Shown here: piece after piece, positions 36,343 to 45,349 of the stretch
Position numbering within the stretch: the first letter of the stretch is position 1
Layout: each line of letters starts with the position of its first letter
Origin: a candidate division WOR_3 bacterium SM23_42
Lineage (GTDB): Bacteria; Hydrothermota; Tepidihabitantia; SM23-42
Assembly: GCA_001303785.1 (NCBI GenBank)
Contig: LJUJ01000009.1
Location: 43,569-107,568 of the forward strand
Direction: 5' to 3'
Length of the DNA stretch: 64,000 nt
Made by a program: the position numbers and the translations under genes
Notes under the pieces: generated by a model
What the model saw: only the letters and a program-made list of their open reading frames with translations
Told to the model about the DNA's origin: nothing
Database searches by the model: none

Positions 36343-37893
36343 ATGTTATATTCTCCTGAAGATCTGAAGGAATTCGATTATAGGCGCGATTTAGGTGATC
36401 CTGGTGAATATCCATTTACCCGCGGGATCTACCCTAGTATGTATAGTGGTAAGTTGTGGACGATGCGTCAGTATGCTGGCTACGGCACGGCCGAGGAATC
36501 GAATCGACGCTACAAATACCTGCTCGACCATGGACAAACCGGTCTGTCCGTTGCCTTTGACTTGCCGACACAGATGGGTTACGATTCTGACCATCCATTG
36601 TCCGAGGGCGAGGTGGGAAAGACAGGTGTGGCTATTGATACAATTGAAGATATGGAGATTCTATTTGCTGGCATCCCATTGGATAGGGTCAGCACATCAA
36701 TGACGATCAATGCGACAGCAGCGATTCTGCTGGCTATGTATATTGCGGTCGCAGAGAAAAGGAACATACTACCTGATGTTTTACAGGGTACTGTCCAGAA
36801 TGACGTACTCAAGGAGTATATTGCGCGTGGTGCGTACATTTATCCACCCGCAGCGTCAATAAAGATAACTGTCGATATAATCTCGTTTTGCAGCAAGCAC
36901 CTTCCGAAGTGGAATACAATTTCGGTATCTGGTTATCATATAAGAGAAGCTGGTGCTACTGCGGCACAAGAAGTAGCATTTACGCTTGCAAATGGTATTG
37001 CGTATGTGCAGTCGGTGATCGAACAGGGCGGTTTGGAAGTTGATGCTTTTGCACCGCGTATTTCTTTCTTCTTCAATGCTCATGTCGATTTCTTTGAAGA
37101 AGTGGCAAAGTTCCGCGCGGCAAGAAGGATTTGGGCAAAGATTATGAAGAAGGAATTCGGAGCCAAAAACCCTAAGTCGTGTATGTTAAGGTTTCACACG
37201 CAGACTGCCGGTTCATCACTCACCGCTCAGGAGCCCACCAACAATGCGGTTAGGGTAGCTTTTCAAGCATTAGCTGCAGTTTTGGGCGGTACACAGAGTT
37301 TGCATACGAACTCATTTGATGAAGCTCTGTCGCTACCTGCTGAGGACGCGGTTCGACTTGCATTGCGTACACAACAACTCATAGCCTACGAGAGCAATAT
37401 ACCCAGCGTTGTCGATCCAGTCGGTGGTTCGTACTACATCGAGTCTTTGACGGACAAATTAGAGACCGATGTAAACGATTATCTTGGAGAAATCGAAGCG
37501 ATGGGTGGTTCGGTAAGTGCTATCGACAAAGGGTATTTTCAAAAAGAAATACACAAATCTGCCTATACATATCAGAGGGCTGTGGAACGCGGTGAGAAGA
37601 ATGTCATTGGCGTAAACAAATTCGTCGATAAGCGGAAGATCAGGAGAAACGTTACTCTGAGGGTTTCGCCAAAGTGGGTGAGGAAACAGAAGGCGAGAAC
37701 GAGGAGAATTAGGCAGAAAAGGAAAAATAGATTTGTGCAAAGTGCACTAGGAGCATTAAGAAAAGATGCAATCGCCAATCGCAATGTGATGAAACCGATC
37801 ATCGACTGCGTAAGAGAATATGCAACCGTGGGTGAAATCTCTGACGTTTTGAGAGAAGCTTACGGTGTTTACAAAGAAAAGATAATATTTTAG
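36343..37893 (+). CDS. Methylmalonyl-CoA mutase large subunit (Tyr/Arg signature), no adjacent B12-binding subunit of its own
   Basis: 516 aa. MRQYAGY (Tyr codon 36472-36474) and KEYIARGAY (Arg codon 36826-36828) match the MCM Tyr89/Arg207 positions. Confidence 0.85.
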   Translation: MLYSPEDLKEFDYRRDLGDPGEYPFTRGIYPSMYSGKLWTMRQYAGYGTAEESNRRYKYLLDHGQTGLSVAFDLPTQMGYDSDHPLSEGEVGKTGVAIDTIEDMEILFAGIPLDRVSTSMTINATAAILLAMYIAVAEKRNILPDVLQGTVQNDVLKEYIARGAYIYPPAASIKITVDIISFCSKHLPKWNTISVSGYHIREAGATAAQEVAFTLANGIAYVQSVIEQGGLEVDAFAPRISFFFNAHVDFFEEVAKFRAARRIWAKIMKKEFGAKNPKSCMLRFHTQTAGSSLTAQEPTNNAVRVAFQALAAVLGGTQSLHTNSFDEALSLPAEDAVRLALRTQQLIAYESNIPSVVDPVGGSYYIESLTDKLETDVNDYLGEIEAMGGSVSAIDKGYFQKEIHKSAYTYQRAVERGEKNVIGVNKFVDKRKIRRNVTLRVSPKWVRKQKARTRRIRQKRKNRFVQSALGALRKDAIANRNVMKPIIDCVREYATVGEISDVLREAYGVYKEKIIF

Positions 37894-37952
37894 TGTTTAT
37901 GACATTAATGATAAGTTGTTACTAACTGGGTGTTAAAGAAGAGGGAGGTTAA

Positions 37953-39041
37953 ATGATTTTTGGAGTACCTAAAGAATTACCGCCCTTCAAGGGAATCGAG
38001 GAGTATCGAGTCGGCCTTTCACCTATGGGTGCTCAAGAATTGGTGTTATGCGGCGCCAAGGTATATGTGGAAAGCAAGGCTGGCCAAGCTGCCGGGTTTT
38101 CAGATGCTGACTACGAGAAGGCAGGTGCCACAGTCGTTTACTCCAAGGAAGAGGCATATCGCCGTGCCGAGATTGTGCTTAAGGTCAGAAGACCCCAACA
38201 AGATGAGTATCCTCTGATAAAAGAAGGGCAGGCCATAATGGGCTTCATCCATCTCATTACCGCCCGCAAGGAATTCTTGAAGACAATAGCCGACAAGAAG
38301 ATTACACTCGTTGGATATGAGATAATGCAGAAAGAAGATGGTCGGCTTCCCGTTGTAATACCATTTAGCGAAATGGCGGGCAAGCTTTCTGTCCAGATAG
38401 CGGGTCGGTTGCTAGAATCTCCACGTGGTGGCCGTGGTATACTACTAGGCGGCATACCCGGTATACCACCGGCTGAGGTTGTGATTTTGGGCGGCGGTAC
38501 ACTAGGGTGTAATGCAGCCAGGACTTTTGCTGGTGTCGGTGCAAACGTGTATGTACTGGACATCGATCGTAACAAGCTTGACCACCTTGCTTGTCATACT
38601 GCGAGTATGAAAGTTACGACTATGTTTGCGACCAGGCACAACATTGAAAAAATAGTCAGGTTTGCGGACGTTGTGGTTGGAGCAGTGTTGGTGCCTGGTA
38701 AGAGGGCACCGATTTTGGTGACCAAAGACATGGTCAAGACTATGCGCCGCGGGTCCGTAATCATCGATTTTTCGATTGATCAAGGTGGTTGCGTGGAGAC
38801 TGCGAAGGTCGCGCCGAGCGGGAAGTTTATTTACACCATCCATGACGTCATACACTTCTGCATGCCTAATGCGACGACATTGGTTGCGCGCACCGCGACC
38901 CACGCGCTTACGTCGAGTGCCTTTCCTTATCTCAAGATGATTACCGAGTTGGGTTTCGAGCGTGCGCTACGAGAGAGTCATGATCTGACAAAGGGTGTTT
39001 ATGCAGACAATGGTGAGATACGGAAGGAGTTCTTACCATGA
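37953..39041 (+). CDS. Alanine dehydrogenase / PNT-family NAD(H)-dependent dehydrogenase
   Basis: 362 aa. N-terminus MIFGVPKE...EYRVGLSPMGAQELV...GFSDADYEKAGA is typical of the AlaDH family. Rossmann motif VVILGGGTLGCNAA. Confidence 0.7.
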   Translation: MIFGVPKELPPFKGIEEYRVGLSPMGAQELVLCGAKVYVESKAGQAAGFSDADYEKAGATVVYSKEEAYRRAEIVLKVRRPQQDEYPLIKEGQAIMGFIHLITARKEFLKTIADKKITLVGYEIMQKEDGRLPVVIPFSEMAGKLSVQIAGRLLESPRGGRGILLGGIPGIPPAEVVILGGGTLGCNAARTFAGVGANVYVLDIDRNKLDHLACHTASMKVTTMFATRHNIEKIVRFADVVVGAVLVPGKRAPILVTKDMVKTMRRGSVIIDFSIDQGGCVETAKVAPSGKFIYTIHDVIHFCMPNATTLVARTATHALTSSAFPYLKMITELGFERALRESHDLTKGVYADNGEIRKEFLP

Positions 39042-40333
39042 GTTGGTTTGATGATTACAAAAAGAAGCTTTGCTCGGTTGCGGAAGCCGTATCTGTAGTA
39101 AAGAGCAAGAATCGTGTTTACATTAGTGGCAATGCAGCGACTCCTTTTCGTCTGACCGAAGCTTTAGCGCAAAGGAATGAAGAACTCCAGAGTGTTGAGA
39201 TTACCCACGTGCTGCTCTTGGGCGATGACCCTTTGTCGAAACCAGGCATGGAAGGGCACTTTCGTCACAATTCGCTCTTCGTAGGCCCCGCAGATCGAGC
39301 CGCAGTCAACGATGGGCGAGCCGATTACACACCCGTTTTTCTCTACGAAATACCACAGCTATTTTATGCAGCGATGCTACCACTCGACGTTGCCTTTCTG
39401 CATGTCTCACCACCGGATGAACATGGTTTTGTGAGTCTGGGTGTGGAATGTCTTGCATCGAAGGCTGCTGCCGAAACTGCCAAACTCGTCGTAGCACAGG
39501 TTAATGACCGCATGCCGAGGACACTCGGCGATTCATTCCTCCATATTTCTCGATTTGCAAAATTCGTGGAGGTGTCGGACGAATTGCCTGAATTGAAGAT
39601 TCCTCCCTTCACCGATGTGGAGAAGAAAATTGGAGATCATATCGCAGATCTTGTTGAAGACGGGTGCACACTGCAGTTGGGTATTGGGGGTATTCCTAAT
39701 GCTGCTTTGAAGGCGATGTTCAACAAAAGAGATCTAGGGATTCATACTGAGATGGTTTCAGATGGAATCGTTGAAGCGATAAATGCCGGGGTCATTACTG
39801 GTGCGAAGAAAACCTTGCATCCGGGAAAAGTGATAGCTACGTTCTATTTTGGCACGAAGGATTTGTATGACTTTATCGATAATAACCCGGTTTTTGAAAC
39901 GCATCCTACAAATTACACGAATCATCCGTATGTGATAGGTCAGAATGAGAAGATGATTGCGATAAACTCGGCGATTGAGGTAGACCTGACCGGTCAGGTC
40001 TGCGCGGATTCTATAGGTACGAGAATCTATTCTGGCTTTGGTGGGCAGGTTGACTTCATTCGTGGCGCAGCTCAATCCAAAGGCGGGAAGCCGATTATTG
40101 CGCTTACTTCATCGGCTAAGAATGATACGATTTCGAAGATTGTACCGACCCTGCAAGTTGGCGCGGGTGTTGTTACGACGCGCGCCGATGTTCATTATGT
40201 GGTCACCGAGTTCGGCGTGGCTTACCTGCATGGAAAAAACCTTAATGAGCGCGCCCATGCATTGATCAACATCGCACACCCTAATTTCAGGGACGATTTG
40301 ACCAAAGCAGCCAAAGAGCGAAAGCTAATATGA
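39038..40333 (+). CDS. Acetyl-CoA hydrolase/transferase family CoA-transferase (4-hydroxybutyrate/succinyl-CoA:acid CoA-transferase-like)
   Basis: 431 aa with LQLGIGGIPNA, AINSAIEVDLTGQV, SGFGGQVDF. ATGA overlaps with both neighbours. Confidence 0.8.
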   Translation: MSWFDDYKKKLCSVAEAVSVVKSKNRVYISGNAATPFRLTEALAQRNEELQSVEITHVLLLGDDPLSKPGMEGHFRHNSLFVGPADRAAVNDGRADYTPVFLYEIPQLFYAAMLPLDVAFLHVSPPDEHGFVSLGVECLASKAAAETAKLVVAQVNDRMPRTLGDSFLHISRFAKFVEVSDELPELKIPPFTDVEKKIGDHIADLVEDGCTLQLGIGGIPNAALKAMFNKRDLGIHTEMVSDGIVEAINAGVITGAKKTLHPGKVIATFYFGTKDLYDFIDNNPVFETHPTNYTNHPYVIGQNEKMIAINSAIEVDLTGQVCADSIGTRIYSGFGGQVDFIRGAAQSKGGKPIIALTSSAKNDTISKIVPTLQVGAGVVTTRADVHYVVTEFGVAYLHGKNLNERAHALINIAHPNFRDDLTKAAKERKLI

Positions 40334-40731
40334 AGCTAGAACATATTGGTATTGCTGTGAAAAGCATTGAGGAGCGATTAAGGCTCTGGCGAGATCTTTT
40401 TGGATTTTGTTTTGAAATGGATGAAGAGGTGCCAGAACAAAAGGTAAGGGTCGCAACGTTAGATATCGGAGGAGTGGCTATAGAACTCTTAGAACCGCTT
40501 TCCGATGATAGCCCGATCGCCAAGTTCATCGAGAAACGAGGTGAAGGTCTGCATCACCTAAGTTTTAAAGTAGATGACATAGAAAGCAAGATAGAGGAGT
40601 TGAAAGACAGGAACATAAGAATGATTGATGAGGTTCCAAGGAAAGGAGCCCATTGTTCAGCGATAGCATTTATTCATCCTTCAGCTACTGGTGGTGTTTT
40701 GATAGAACTGAGTCAAAAGGAAGACAACTAA
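40330..40731 (+). CDS. mce: Methylmalonyl-CoA epimerase (VOC superfamily)
   Basis: 133 aa with LEHIGIAV...VAIELLEPL...IAKFIEKRGEGLHHLSFKVDDI...GGVLIEL. Confidence 0.85.
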   Translation: MKLEHIGIAVKSIEERLRLWRDLFGFCFEMDEEVPEQKVRVATLDIGGVAIELLEPLSDDSPIAKFIEKRGEGLHHLSFKVDDIESKIEELKDRNIRMIDEVPRKGAHCSAIAFIHPSATGGVLIELSQKEDN

Positions 40732-40739
40732 GAGGGGGT

Positions 40740-41909
40740 ATGATGCATATTGAGACCGATGTTGTGCACGGTGGGCAGCATCCTGATAAAGTCACCGGGG
40801 CTTTATCCCCACCGATTTATCAGACTTCGACATTTGCCTTTCGTGATGCTGACCACGGCGCACGGCTTTTTAAGGACGAGGAGGAAGGTCATATATACAC
40901 ACGTATCAGCAATCCAAATATCGATTTGCTGGCAAGTAAGATGGCGTTGTTGGAATCTGCCGAGGCTGGATCGGTATTCGCTTCCGGTCTTGCTGCCATT
41001 TTCAATACCGTAGTGAGCGTTGCCAAATCAGGTGAACATATTGTTTCTGATGATACGATATACGGTGGTACATTTACGCTCTTGAAAGAGATCATGCCCA
41101 CACTCGGCATCGAGGTTACTTTCGTCGACGCTACAGATCTGAACAAGTTGTTCGATACAATAAATGATCGTACGAGAATGTTATTCATCGAGACACCGGC
41201 AAATCCGACGTTGAAAATAATCGATATCGGTGAATGTGCGAAACTTGCGCGCGATAAGAGTGTGTCACTGTGTGTGGATAATACTTTTGCGACACCGTGT
41301 CTGCAGAGACCAATTGAACTTGGTGCCGATATTGTTCTGCATTCAGCAACAAAATACCTGAGCGGTCATGGTGACATCATTGGTGGAGTGGTAGTCGGGA
41401 AAAAAGACTTCAACAAAAGGCTATGGGATAAAGGTAAAGAAATCGGTGCATCAATTTCCCCATTCAATGCGTGGTTAATCCTGAGGGGGTTGAAGACACT
41501 AGCGGTCCGCATGGAGAGGCATTGTTTCAATGCCTTTAAAATCGCCAATTATCTTGCCAAGCACAAGAAAATTGAGCAAGTATATTATCCTGGATTATCA
41601 ATACATCGCGGACATGATCTGGCAAAGAGACAGATGAGTGCTTTTGGTGGTATGATTGGATTTGATGTGAAGGGTGGAAAGGAAGCGGGTAAAGTACTTA
41701 TGAACTCAGTCGAATTGTGCACCCTCGCTGTCAGCCTTGGTGATGTCGATACTCTTATCGAACATCCTGCTTCGATGACCCATTCAACATATAATGAAGA
41801 AGAGCTGAGAGCTTGTGGCATAGGTTTTGGTTATGTACGACTGTCGGTGGGGCTTGAGTATGCTGACGATCTCATCGATGATTTGGAACAAGCACTAGCT
41901 AAAATATAG
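40740..41909 (+). CDS. Cys/Met-metabolism PLP enzyme, methionine gamma-lyase-like
   Basis: ATG at 40740 follows AGAGGGGG (the ORF-track start 40653 overlaps the epimerase). PLP-lysine context HSATKYLSGHGDIIGG. N-terminus TDVVHGG. Confidence 0.8.
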   Translation: MMHIETDVVHGGQHPDKVTGALSPPIYQTSTFAFRDADHGARLFKDEEEGHIYTRISNPNIDLLASKMALLESAEAGSVFASGLAAIFNTVVSVAKSGEHIVSDDTIYGGTFTLLKEIMPTLGIEVTFVDATDLNKLFDTINDRTRMLFIETPANPTLKIIDIGECAKLARDKSVSLCVDNTFATPCLQRPIELGADIVLHSATKYLSGHGDIIGGVVVGKKDFNKRLWDKGKEIGASISPFNAWLILRGLKTLAVRMERHCFNAFKIANYLAKHKKIEQVYYPGLSIHRGHDLAKRQMSAFGGMIGFDVKGGKEAGKVLMNSVELCTLAVSLGDVDTLIEHPASMTHSTYNEEELRACGIGFGYVRLSVGLEYADDLIDDLEQALAKI

Positions 41910-41914
41910 TCTAT

Positions 41915-41973
41915 GGGTTGAGGTTGAGATGCTGGATATACTTATATTTAATCCAGCTTCATAACCCCAACCC
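41915..41973 (+). other. Long imperfect hairpin after the lyase gene (possible terminator or second repeat type)
   Basis: GGGTTGAGGTTGAGATGCTGGAT (41915-41937) pairs with ATCCAGCTTCATAACCCCAACCC (41951-41973), with 3 mismatches, 1 G-U wobble and a 13-nt loop. No U-tract follows. Confidence 0.4.
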
Positions 41974-42000
41974 AATACTTGTCTTTCGGAAGGAGGTTTG

Positions 42001-43047
42001 ATGGTCGGTATTGTCGGATACGGTTCTTATTTGCCGAGATATCGGATAAAGGTTGAGGAGATTGCTAAGCAGTGGGGACGCAATGCAGAAGCAGTGAAAC
42101 GCGGGCTGTTACTCAAGGAGAAGACGGTACCTGGGATGGATGAGGATACAATAACAATCTCGGTTGAAGCAGGGAAGAATGCATTGAGACGTGCTCAGAT
42201 CGACCCGACCGAAATCGGCGCTCTTTATATTGGTTCGGAGTCACATCCTTACGCGGTGAAACCATCCGGTACCGTGGTCGCAGAGGCGTTGGGGATAGTA
42301 CCTGATGTGCACATCGCCGACTACGAATTCGCTTGCAAGGCAGGCACCGAAGCCATGTTTGTGGCATATAGCCTGGTGAAGGCGGAACAGATGAAATACG
42401 CGATGGCCATCGGTTCGGATACATCACAGGGTGCGCCAGGCGATGCCCTCGAGTTCTCTGCTTCTGCAGGAGGTTCGGCGTTTATTTTTGGCAAAGAAAA
42501 CACCGTTGCCGATGTGATAGAGACACATTCGTATACAACAGATACGCCCGATTTCTGGCGGCGCGAAGGTGCTTTCTATCCACTCCATGGTGGTAGATTC
42601 ACCGGTGCCCCTGCTTATTTCAAGCACATTTTGGGTGCCGGCGAGGCCATTCTGAAGAAGAGCGGTCTTAGGGCATCTGATTTTACTTATGCGATATTCC
42701 ATATGCCTAACGGTAAGTTCCCTTTATCTGTGGGTAAGAAGTTAGGATTCAAAAAGGAGCAGCTTGAGCCCGGCTGGGTCGTTCCGTTAATGGGCAATAC
42801 CTATTCGGGTTCGTCACCGACCGGCTTTTCGGCAACCCTGGATGTTGCGCAACCTGGTAATCTTGTTCTCTTAGTTTCTTTTGGATCTGGTGCGGGTAGT
42901 GATGCATTTGTGTTTAAGGTGACCGAAAAAATAAATGAGGTAAGAGACAGAGCGGAAAAGGTTAAGGATCTACTCGAAAATGGTCGTATCTACTTGGACT
43001 ACGGTCAATACGCCAAATTCCGCGGTAAAATCATAATGAACGAATAA
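42001..43047 (+). CDS. Hydroxymethylglutaryl-CoA synthase, archaeal type
   Basis: About 348 aa. N-terminus VGIVGYGSYLPRYRI...DEDTITI, Cys context YEFACKAGT, and a short (~350 aa) length typical of the archaeal HMGCS that partners with thiolase and DUF35. Confidence 0.85.
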   Translation: MVGIVGYGSYLPRYRIKVEEIAKQWGRNAEAVKRGLLLKEKTVPGMDEDTITISVEAGKNALRRAQIDPTEIGALYIGSESHPYAVKPSGTVVAEALGIVPDVHIADYEFACKAGTEAMFVAYSLVKAEQMKYAMAIGSDTSQGAPGDALEFSASAGGSAFIFGKENTVADVIETHSYTTDTPDFWRREGAFYPLHGGRFTGAPAYFKHILGAGEAILKKSGLRASDFTYAIFHMPNGKFPLSVGKKLGFKKEQLEPGWVVPLMGNTYSGSSPTGFSATLDVAQPGNLVLLVSFGSGAGSDAFVFKVTEKINEVRDRAEKVKDLLENGRIYLDYGQYAKFRGKIIMNE

Positions 43048-43064
43048 ACCACTGAACACACTGA

Positions 43065-43550
43065 ATGGAAAAGATACAGAAAACACTGAACGAAAGGGAT
43101 ACTGAACGCACTGAAGCGGAAAATGGCGAAGTGGGATTACAGGAAATAGAGAGAGCGAGAGAATTGTACAGCAAAAAATACGATGAATACCCTTACTCGG
43201 ATGTCACGCAGAAAATAATCGGATGCGCAATACATGTCCACAAGAATCTAGGTCCAGGTTTCAAAGAGTCTGCGTACGAGAACGCACTTTTAGTTGAGTT
43301 AGATAGACGAGAAATACCCTATGAGCGTCAAAAACCAGTGGCGATCAACTACAAGGGCAAAGAGGTTGGAACATATAGGATAGATCTGGTGGTCGCCGAA
43401 AAGATAATAGTTGAACTGAAGGCTGTTAAGAGTATCAATATTGAAGATCGCAGGAATCTTTCGAAATATTTGAAAGCAACTAACACGAGAGTGGGTTTGC
43501 TATTGGATTTCTCTAAGCCTACAATAGAGATAAAGCGACCAGTCTTATAA
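43065..43550 (+). CDS. GxxExxY-family protein (PD-(D/E)XK-like fold) with N-terminal low-complexity extension
   Basis: 161 aa. Core IIGCAIHVHKNLGPGFKESAYENALLVELDRREIPYERQ...RIDLVVAEKIIVELKAV contains the GxxExxY motif. The N-terminus is encoded by CACTGAA heptamer repeats. Confidence 0.75.
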   Translation: MEKIQKTLNERDTERTEAENGEVGLQEIERARELYSKKYDEYPYSDVTQKIIGCAIHVHKNLGPGFKESAYENALLVELDRREIPYERQKPVAINYKGKEVGTYRIDLVVAEKIIVELKAVKSINIEDRRNLSKYLKATNTRVGLLLDFSKPTIEIKRPVL

Positions 43551-43586
43551 GGAGGCTGTTGGGTTTTCAGTGTTAAAGGGGGTATA

Positions 43587-44738
43587 ATGAGAGAGGTTGC
43601 GGTAGTAGGATGTGGTATGACGAAGTTCGGAGAGTTATGGTCACAGTCTTTGCGGGACATATTCGTCGAAGCTGCACTAAAAGCAATTGATGATGCACAT
43701 GTCGATCACATTGATTCGATGTACGTTGGTTCAATGACGCCGGGTCTTTTTATCGGTCAGGAGCACATCGGAGCGCTCATGGCTGACTATCTTGGTACGG
43801 CATCAATTCCAGCTGTGCGTGTTGAATCCGCCTGTTGTTCTGGTGGAATGGCAATGCGCCTTGGATATTTTGAAATCGCCTCGGGTCATAGTGAAATCAT
43901 TCTCGTGGGAGGTGTTGAGAAGATGACCGATGGCGCCGATGTTACGTATGCGCTTGCAACGGCTGCGGATCAAGAGTACGAGGTATATCACGGTATCACA
44001 TTCCCGGGATTGTATGCCATGATCGCAAAGGCACATATGTACAAGTATGGTACGACACGCAAGCAACTTGCCATGGTTTCAGTGAAGAATCACCACAACG
44101 GTGCATTCAATCCTAATGCTCAGTTCCCAGGCGAAGTCACCGTTGAACAGGTTATCAACGCGACTATGGTAGCCGATCCTTTGACCGTGCTTGATAGCTC
44201 ACCGGTGTCAGATGGGGCGGCCTGTGTGATTCTGGCGTCGATGGATGCTGCAAGTAAGTTGCAGATTCCTTTGATCAAGGTTTTGGGTAGCGGCGCGGCT
44301 ACCGATACTTTTGCACTCCACGCTCGCGAGGATATCACGGCGCTGAAAGCGGTCCAACTTTCTGCCAAAGCTGCGTATGAGATGGCCAAAGTGATGCCTA
44401 CTGATATAAATTTCGCGGAGGTCCACGACTGCTTCTCCATTGCAGAAATATGCATTATTGAAGAACTTGGTTTTACGGATAAAGGCAAAGGGGGGTCTTT
44501 CACTGAACAAGGCCGCACAGCCCTCGAGGGACCGATACCGGTAAACCCCTCAGGAGGACTGAAATCCAAGGGCCATCCAGTGGGTGCAACTGGTGTTGCT
44601 CAAATTGTCGAAACCGTGGAACAATTGCGAGGCGCTGCAGGGAAACGACAGGTCAAGAATGCGAGAATAGGTTTGACACAGAACATGGGTGGGTCAGGCG
44701 CATCGTCGGTCGTACATATTTTTGCTCTGCAAAAATGA
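43587..44738 (+). CDS. Thiolase (acetyl-CoA acetyltransferase), archaeal/SCP-x-like type
   Basis: 383 aa with active-site Cys context [11 protein letters not shown] and the C-terminal motifs [10 protein letters not shown] and GHPVGATG. Confidence 0.9.
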   Translation: MREVAVVGCGMTKFGELWSQSLRDIFVEAALKAIDDAHVDHIDSMYVGSMTPGLFIGQEHIGALMADYLGTASIPAVRVESACCSGGMAMRLGYFEIASGHSEIILVGGVEKMTDGADVTYALATAADQEYEVYHGITFPGLYAMIAKAHMYKYGTTRKQLAMVSVKNHHNGAFNPNAQFPGEVTVEQVINATMVADPLTVLDSSPVSDGAACVILASMDAASKLQIPLIKVLGSGAATDTFALHAREDITALKAVQLSAKAAYEMAKVMPTDINFAEVHDCFSIAEICIIEELGFTDKGKGGSFTEQGRTALEGPIPVNPSGGLKSKGHPVGATGVAQIVETVEQLRGAAGKRQVKNARIGLTQNMGGSGASSVVHIFALQK

Positions 44739-44759
44739 TGATTCAAACAGATATGCACA

Positions 44760-44809
44760 GATGCAGACGGATAGCAATCGTTTTGCATCAGCCTCAATCC
44801 GTTTGCATC
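44760..44809 (+). other. 13-bp stem hairpin in the thiolase-DUF35 spacer
   Basis: GATGCAGACGGAT (44760-44772) pairs with ATCCGTTTGCATC (44797-44809): 12 Watson-Crick pairs plus one G-U. It is followed by GGTTTTC. Confidence 0.4.
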
Positions 44810-44836
44810 GGTTTTCACGAAAGAAAGGAGTGAAAA

Positions 44837-45226
44837 ATGCCATCACCAAGATACCATAGAGAGATACCACAGAGATATCGACTCGAAGCCGCAAAGTGTA
44901 AGGAATGTGGTCGGATGTCGTTTCCTCCTCGGAGGGTTTGTAGTAACTGTGGAGCACGGGAATTTGAGATGACAAAATTGTCAGACCATGGGAAAATATT
45001 GACCTATACCACAATACGAGTAGCACCCAAGGATTTTGAGAATCAGGTACCTTACAATGTGGCAATTGTTGAGTCAGAAAATGGTGTAAGGGTGACGACC
45101 CAAGTTGTTGATTGCAAACCAGAGGACCTGGAGATTGGTAAGAGGGTTAAATTCGTTTTCCGCAAGTTGTATTCCGAAGGTCACACAGGAATAATCTGTT
45201 ATGGATATAAGGCAGTACTTATCTAA
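44837..45226 (+). CDS. DUF35 Zn-ribbon/OB-fold protein (thiolase/HMGCS scaffold type)
   Basis: 129 aa with Zn-ribbon CKECGRMSFPPRRVCSNCG followed by an OB-fold segment. It lies directly after the thiolase. Confidence 0.85.
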   Translation: MPSPRYHREIPQRYRLEAAKCKECGRMSFPPRRVCSNCGAREFEMTKLSDHGKILTYTTIRVAPKDFENQVPYNVAIVESENGVRVTTQVVDCKPEDLEIGKRVKFVFRKLYSEGHTGIICYGYKAVLI

Positions 45227-45340
45227 GCACGAAATCCTAAACAATATCAAATGACAAAAATCATAAATCCGAAACTTGTAAATCATTGTGGTTTTGAAAT
45301 TCGGATTTGTTTCGGATTTCGATATTAGGATTTCGGATTT
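45221..45340 (+). repeat. Intergenic palindromic element, copy C
   Basis: ATCTAAGCACGAAATCCTAAACAATATCAAATGAC...GGTTTTGAAATTCGGATTTGTTTCGGATTTCGATATTAGGATTTCGGATTT. The DUF35 stop codon is the TAA of the conserved CTAAGCAC box. Confidence 0.8.
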
Positions 45341-45349
45341 GAGAGGCTT

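Noticed and set aside
40653-40739. Upstream extensions of ORF-track starts (40653 for the lyase, 52015 for crotonase, 19004 for the exported protein, 31234 for the B12 subunit)
   Set aside because: The extensions overlap the preceding gene or lack similarity to the family N-terminus. In each case an internal ATG preceded by a GGAGG-like RBS gives the canonical N-terminus (40740, 52138, 19043, 31249).
41998-45226. Reading the HMGCS/thiolase/DUF35 trio as evidence for a mevalonate pathway
   Set aside because: No HMG-CoA reductase, mevalonate kinase or decarboxylase gene is present in the window. The neighbours are leucine-catabolic genes instead. The pathway call cannot be supported from this sequence.
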